Below, piece after piece: positions 22,601-26,961 of a stretch of DNA of 26,961 nt. Position 1 is the stretch's first letter, and the number at the start of each line of letters is the position of its first letter. The position numbers were made by a program, and so were the translations under genes. Below the pieces are notes generated by a model. It searched no databases and was not told where the DNA came from. It was given only the letters and a program-made list of their open reading frames with translations. The stretch comes from a virus (lineage: Duplodnaviria; Caudoviricetes), in the IMG/VR virus record IMGVR_UViG_3300038379_000623, positions 1 through 26,961 of that record, one strand, 5' to 3'.

Positions 22601-24463
22601 CGCGCGCAGGGCCACGTCTCCCCGGGTGTGGGGGGAAACCCCGACCTTTTCCAATGCTGCCATGACTGTGCGGTAGCGATCCTGCGAGAATGCCTTCTTG
22701 CCGTACTGCTGCATTGTAAGTTCGCCGCTGCGAAGCCTGTCAGTGAGAGCCTTCCACTCGGCATAGAGGGCTTTTCGTACAACGGGGGCTGCTGTGTCGT
22801 AGTAACGGACAGCCAACGAGTGCGAGAACTCATGCGCCAGGGTTTGCCGCATCAGGTCGCGCAGGCGCCTGCGCTCTTTTGCAGGGGTCTGTGGATCGAA
22901 GGCCCGCCACACGTCTGCCGGATTCAACTGCAAGACTTCAACTCGTTGCGACGTCGCGGGATCGTGGTAGTAGTATTTACCGAGGGTGCTGTCTCTCCGG
23001 GGGATTCCGAGGTGGGGCTCTCCCTCGACGATTCGTGCTTGCAGGTTCGTGTCCTCCAGTACGAAGGCCGCATCCTGCGAACCTGTCACGTCGATCATTT
23101 TCTGCACGAAAGCCGCTGCCTCACGGCGCAGTGTCTCCGCTGCGAGCGTGTAGCGCCGGGCAACAGCATCGCTCGCATTTAGCTCCGGCACGGCCTCGAA
23201 TCCGGTCACGGCCACGCGCCCTTCACGCAAGGCCGTGTCGAGCGACTTGCCGACAAGAGTCAGGTCTTCTGCTGTCGTGTGCGTAACGGGGGCCGTGCGG
23301 GCGCGCGCCCATTGGGCATCGTCCAGTCTGGAGCGCTCGTTGGCAGCTCCTTCCGGATCGAGTTGTCCGATCTCCGGGTCAGCCCCGAGCTGCTCCAGCT
23401 TGTCCACAGCGCTTCGCCAGCGACGGAATGCCCGATCCCCGGGAGACTCCCACAGGGTATCCTTGCCCGGGCGCAGCAGAGCAGCGCTGCCACCCATAAG
23501 TCCTGACTGGAAAGCGGAGGCAATCGCAGTAATCTGCAACTCCCGTGGGAGTTCCCGGGTGAACCGGGGATCGGAGAATGCCTCGTAAAAAGCCTGCTCG
23601 GGATGCGTGTGCGCCCACGCATTTACTTTCTGCCCGACTGTCGTGGCGAGTTCCCCGGTGATATCGAGCCCACCGAGCTTCAGGAGAAGCGCGCCAAGCC
23701 CCTTGCCGACACGACCCTCGATGTATTTGCCCAGCAGCAGGAAGGGGGCGACTTCGCCCGCATCGGCTATCGCGGCATTGATCGCGGCGTAGCGCTGCTG
23801 ATTCTCCAGTGGGATTTTCCTGTCGATGGCATCCTCGATGGCCTCTCCGTATTCGGCGAAATGGTTCACGAGAATGGGTGCCGCGAAATACGAACGTGTC
23901 AGCACCCCCAGACCCAGGCCCATGAGAGAAGTGCCCAACGATGCCGCGCCGCTTAACAATCCCTCGGAAGTTGCCGAGAGGGGCTCTCCGGTCTGCGCCG
24001 TGATTTCCTCTCGCCGCTGCTGCATCCCGGATTTGGCCGCTTCGCTCAACGCCTTGCCCGCCTGTTGCAAGGCAGGCATGTAACCCGGGGGAGTCATCAG
24101 TTCGCTCTCAGGTGTCTGGAACTCGTAGCCTTCCAGCACTCCAAGGACGTTTTGCCCTGTGTTCACACTCTCCTGATCGAGAGCAGCAGGGGCTCCCAGC
24201 GCGCTGCCGGTGGTGCCTATAGAGGCCTTGACACCCTGTCTGAAGAAATACGGGAGCGCCTTGACTGTCGGCCAGATATCGGAGACGCCCAGGGCATCCG
24301 TGTCGGCGGCGGTCATCGCCTCGATGTCGTCTTCCGCGTTCCACGGCGAATCTTCCAGGGGCAGCGTTCCGGGGACAGGGGGAGGCGGAAGTGCCAGGGA
24401 GTCGGGGGTGGCCGGATCGGGAAGCTGCTGCGGGAGAGAAGGCAACTCCTCGAAGTCAGTCAT
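19580..24463 (-). CDS. Large internal virion / polyvalent protein with HExxH and PLxRFG-type regions (~1627 aa)
   Basis: GAGGAG and a TAATG overlap place the start at 24463; LAHEFSH...FQEWMGEQ (zincin-like); YFPQSRFG; LGFNLKSAVVNLTQ; last gene of the minus-strand block. Confidence 0.8.
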   Translation of the reverse strand: MTDFEELPSLPQQLPDPATPDSLALPPPPVPGTLPLEDSPWNAEDDIEAMTAADTDALGVSDIWPTVKALPYFFRQGVKASIGTTGSALGAPAALDQESVNTGQNVLGVLEGYEFQTPESELMTPPGYMPALQQAGKALSEAAKSGMQQRREEITAQTGEPLSATSEGLLSGAASLGTSLMGLGLGVLTRSYFAAPILVNHFAEYGEAIEDAIDRKIPLENQQRYAAINAAIADAGEVAPFLLLGKYIEGRVGKGLGALLLKLGGLDITGELATTVGQKVNAWAHTHPEQAFYEAFSDPRFTRELPRELQITAIASAFQSGLMGGSAALLRPGKDTLWESPGDRAFRRWRSAVDKLEQLGADPEIGQLDPEGAANERSRLDDAQWARARTAPVTHTTAEDLTLVGKSLDTALREGRVAVTGFEAVPELNASDAVARRYTLAAETLRREAAAFVQKMIDVTGSQDAAFVLEDTNLQARIVEGEPHLGIPRRDSTLGKYYYHDPATSQRVEVLQLNPADVWRAFDPQTPAKERRRLRDLMRQTLAHEFSHSLAVRYYDTAAPVVRKALYAEWKALTDRLRSGELTMQQYGKKAFSQDRYRTVMAALEKVGVSPHTRGDVALRALERRSHDNKRLTDYLLSFQEWMGEQGARAQYSRQGLSAPLDTFWQKLHHALKQIWNIASLRYSRYAPMPTYRHFLQSVRSSNRLTRALNDSLEATPKYEAPDTPQTFAARIARVGRKFAPEAMANIGATQQSMAQDSERFSALVKYGYTLLQIARKYEHVQPLQEYVELIRDFTAMSKLWEKRAIGRVTEVSLLGRDADAVFKLLAAESAQGAFLLPGSPGWTRLFGKGFKLSQAQEKLYLDIKADFLDMLKAWERLAIAEAHTQLQADPAKLAVKLADIKKQFGALASKPYFPQSRFGKFYTVVVEKHGGKTLWREHTYTRSQQKALEKQLRKLYPQEIVSSGTMEDGAEVFYGIPPQFLENVQNRLGLTSDQFEKLQELKLEMLPGQSARKHFMRKENIGGWSEDGLRQYANYFFFTPIALAKATYRPRLHRKVREVAATIKERRMQGLNTEARERLTAWLDRHLEYVMHPGNEGVFLRQLGFLHYLGFNLKSAVVNLTQTQLATYPHLAALYGDRAAVGEIARAYKDILTKYRSYTKTTAGQARQLEYIELQSAIDMGRLRGSLDESLAATLAGLAEAGNIERMLPGTRAGQAWHSFNYYAAYMFQAAEGLNREVTFVAAYRLGRKNGMSPQQAVEHAIEAVDATQGEYARWNRPTIFRNKGSVIFLFKMYTQLMLHFMLGGNAGWWRAWLMMFLYGGVLGLPFLENLTDLGDAAIQMLGKPANVRAELKKFIGETLERTGINDASDYFMHGLSRNAFGLGLDISGSLSLGRVIPGTGLLRSWRSSDRPESSVLYAEREALGPVLGYPLLLMNTALSNDPNTIRKWRTLAGTAASNILDAYEIARHGGVTDATNAFVWRFDPAEARKVIALAGHAAGFPIAEVNRRREELRLIAENVGYWSQRRSDLMRQFNYARDFRNREGMADVTRRIHEFHRNKPHMIPGIGDKDMERSVRQSATSDILKERYGVPSARDVPYARSLLSGRKPSALSGELPPPASGLPPP

Positions 24464-25899
24464 TACTGTAACTCCTCTGCCGTGATCGGGTCCCATCTGG
24501 CGCCGGCACGGCGGGCTTCGAGTAGCTGTCTTACGTCGGCGCGGCCCAGGTATTGCCCGATGGCAGCAGAGTCCTTGATCCCGTGCTTTGCCATGAAGGC
24601 CCGAAGCTCCTGTACCATGGCAGTCCGGGCTTCAGGCCCGCGACGTATCGCGGTCTGTCCCGGACGGTTCTCCTGCCGTACTGCAAACTGCTTCTGCAAG
24701 CGCTCCCGCTCCTGCTTCAACTCCCGCAGGCGGGCTGCCTTTTCCTCCGGTAGCAGGGTCAGGCTGTTGTGCAGGGCGGTTTCCAGTTTCGTCAGCTCCT
24801 TCATCTGCTGGTCGTAGGCGACCTCGGGAGAAGCGGTCTTGGCCGTGAGTTGCATCTCTGCTCCGGAGAGCATGTCGATGCCTTTCTGGCGCTGCCTGGG
24901 GTCCTTGCTGCGCAACAGCTCCTTCGCCGCGCCGATCTCCCGCATGATCTGAACGAATCCCGTAACGTTGCCCGCTCCCGCCATCTTCTGCGCACGCTCA
25001 TCGCGGTAGAGCTTCTCCAGCCCGGTGAGAGCGAGCTGCACGAGCTTGGGGTTCCTGGTAGTCATCATGTCTGCGTATACTTGCCGCAGCACAGCGCCAT
25101 CCCCAAGATTCCGCCCTTTGTACCTCGCCATGACGTGCGGAACGAGCGCCATGGCCTGTTGTTCATCCCACTGATTCGCCATCCCGTTCATCACCTGAAG
25201 GGCTCCCGAAGGATTATGCCCGGCCCAGATCATCCCGCGCACGAGCTTTGCCATGCGCTGCGGGTCGCGGTACGGATTCGCTTCCTGCAGGGGCAGGCTG
25301 GTCCCGGACGCCGGAGCTGCCGTAACATCCTCCGGACGCAGCCCTACTGAAGTCCGTGTCGGTAGGGAAGTCTCTGCTTCCGGCTCGCGCGTAATATCTT
25401 TGGAGCCCTCCGCGACACCGGGGGAGGTGTCCTCCTTGGCATCGGTCTCCGGCGCAGGAAGTGTGTCGTCCGTTGAAGCCTCCCCGGATGGGGTAGCGAA
25501 CCGTGTCGTGGAGTCATCGTCCGCCATGTACCGCTTGAGAAAGCTGCCGATGTCCAGCATCCCGCCGCTCTGTTGTTTCGCCTGTCTGGCAGCGAGGTCT
25601 TCTTCCTCCTCCTGGGAACGGCTCTTTTCCAGCTTCGTGTCTTGCAGCCCGGTCATCCCGGTGCTTTCCGCAGGTGCCCAGGTCACTCCTTGCTCCCCTG
25701 GAATGGAGGGCGCGCCGAATAGTGGCGGAATCCGTCCAAGGAGTCCGCTGTTCGCCGGATCGAAGTTAGGCCGCGGCGGTTGCCACTCAACGCCCCCGAA
25801 CAGGGGATCGACTTGCAGGGCGCCCGGTTGACGCATCCGCTCGAAGATATCGATAAGCTGCTGCGTTATGCTGCCTGCTCCTGGTGATGGAGATGCCAT
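24463..25899 (-). CDS. Putative internal virion (ejection) protein
   Basis: 478 aa; RBS GGAGG; low-complexity N-half and helical C-half; coupled to the downstream large gene. Confidence 0.7.
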   Translation of the reverse strand: MASPSPGAGSITQQLIDIFERMRQPGALQVDPLFGGVEWQPPRPNFDPANSGLLGRIPPLFGAPSIPGEQGVTWAPAESTGMTGLQDTKLEKSRSQEEEEDLAARQAKQQSGGMLDIGSFLKRYMADDDSTTRFATPSGEASTDDTLPAPETDAKEDTSPGVAEGSKDITREPEAETSLPTRTSVGLRPEDVTAAPASGTSLPLQEANPYRDPQRMAKLVRGMIWAGHNPSGALQVMNGMANQWDEQQAMALVPHVMARYKGRNLGDGAVLRQVYADMMTTRNPKLVQLALTGLEKLYRDERAQKMAGAGNVTGFVQIMREIGAAKELLRSKDPRQRQKGIDMLSGAEMQLTAKTASPEVAYDQQMKELTKLETALHNSLTLLPEEKAARLRELKQERERLQKQFAVRQENRPGQTAIRRGPEARTAMVQELRAFMAKHGIKDSAAIGQYLGRADVRQLLEARRAGARWDPITAEELQ

Positions 25900-25923
25900 T
25901 CTGCTGTCCTCCGGAATCTGCTG

Positions 25924-26961
25924 CTAAGCACCGCCGCCCATGGCCGAGCCGGCCTGCCCGCCGCCGACCCACGAACGGATGATGTTGTTGACGACTTCCG
26001 CGACCTTGTATCCGGGATCGGTCTCGTAATACATGCCGCTCTGACCGTACTGGCCGGCGAGCGCCTTTTGATAGTTGGATAGCTGCTCCCATGGATACTG
26101 CTGGCGCATCTGTCCCACGCTCATCAGGGAAGTCGCTGGCGTGTCATACATGCCAAGGAGGGACGTACCCAGATTCGTCCCGCCTTGTGCGAGATTGCCG
26201 AACGCGCTCCCGAGCCCACCGGCCTGTCCAAGGGCATTCGACATCGCTCCCAATCCTTGTCCGTAGCCACCGCTGTAAATTTTGGCGAGGGCATCGCTGG
26301 CGGCATCTTGTGTCCGCCCCGCAGCAAGCCCTTCTGCGATGCCTTGCCGCGTCGAGCCGTACTGCCCGGCACCTCCGGCTTCGCTCCTGATGTTGGGCAA
26401 TATCTGCTCCACCAGATTCCGGTAGAGGGGGCGTGTCGCCGCAGTTCCCGTTGCCGCCAGATACGGGTTGCTGTCCGGAGAGAGCAGCGCGGGATTGAGC
26501 AGGAAGTCCAGTCCGGAAGCTCCCCGATTCAGGGTGGCGCCGCCTCCCGCATAGTTACCAAGCGCACCCCCGCCAAGCATCTGCATCAACGGCCCTGATG
26601 ACAGGGCGTTCTGCACGCGCCAGTCCTGCCCAATCGTCGTAAGCTGATTCGGGCCTTCCCCGACTTGCATCCCGGCCCGATTGAACAAGTCCGCCAGGTA
26701 TTGCGCCTGCTCCTCCCATGGCCCCATGTTGCGCGCGCCGATGCGACTGATCGGCTGCACCGTCATCATGGTCTTCGGGCTCCATGGATCGCGGACGGCC
26801 TCGTCGAAGGGGTACCCTCCGGCGCGGTACATCCAGTTCACAAGGTCTTCAGTATTCTGCCCACTCGGCAGTCCGGTGCGTCCACCGCTGTCAGGGAACT
26901 CCAGACCTCCTCCACCAGAATTACCCCCTCCCCCTCCTCCGGGGAATCCACTCCCGCCACC
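25924..26961 (-). CDS. Partial Gly/Ala/Gln-rich internal virion / DNA-ejection protein (start beyond right edge)
   Basis: The frame is open for 40 more codons upstream of the track start, to the edge (GGGSGFPGGGGGGNSGGGG...). NPYL...AGQYGSTRQGIAEG and PWEQLSNY patterns are typical of podoviral pilot/ejection proteins. Confidence 0.7.
   Translation of the reverse strand, partial: GGGSGFPGGGGGGNSGGGGLEFPDSGGRTGLPSGQNTEDLVNWMYRAGGYPFDEAVRDPWSPKTMMTVQPISRIGARNMGPWEEQAQYLADLFNRAGMQVGEGPNQLTTIGQDWRVQNALSSGPLMQMLGGGALGNYAGGGATLNRGASGLDFLLNPALLSPDSNPYLAATGTAATRPLYRNLVEQILPNIRSEAGGAGQYGSTRQGIAEGLAAGRTQDAASDALAKIYSGGYGQGLGAMSNALGQAGGLGSAFGNLAQGGTNLGTSLLGMYDTPATSLMSVGQMRQQYPWEQLSNYQKALAGQYGQSGMYYETDPGYKVAEVVNNIIRSWVGGGQAGSAMGGGA

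Noticed and set aside
12314-23182. Long antisense ORFs (12314..13975, 13155..14525, 15937..17532, 20339..21661, 21674..23182)
   Set aside because: They lie opposite motif-bearing genes in GC-rich DNA and have no recognisable motifs of their own.
1-26961. Integron integrase, other recombinase, reverse transcriptase, tRNA or rRNA genes
   Set aside because: No tyrosine-recombinase R-H-R-Y pattern, RT motif or structural RNA was recognised; they could lie outside the window.

Overview
About 27 kb of a GC-rich tailed-phage genome, probably podovirus-like; no host genes or integrase are visible. Left to right: (1) a partial minus-strand HTH gene running off the left edge (likely terminase small subunit) and two small minus-strand genes. 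(2) A divergent non-coding region with inverted repeats around an AT-rich core, a candidate origin. (3) A C-rich block with a MoxR/CbbQ-type AAA+ ATPase and an HExxH/vWA partner. (4) A ~4 kb, visibly lower-GC array (~6680-10770) of small genes separated by about 12 integron attC-like hairpins. (5) A recombination/replication module: Cas4-like PD-(D/E)XK nuclease, Sak4-like ATPase, SSB-like protein, UDG-fused family A DNA polymerase and DUF3987-like NTPase. (6) Convergent minus-strand internal virion genes, including a ~1630-aa PLxRFG-type polyvalent protein. The main finding is the cassette array. Most units have complementary ends, and the well-preserved attC-like sites are inverted relative to the genes. 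Each site therefore sits at the 5' end of its gene, sometimes supplying its RBS and start codon, while upstream ORFs often read into the next site. All family assignments come from motif recognition by eye, not database searches.
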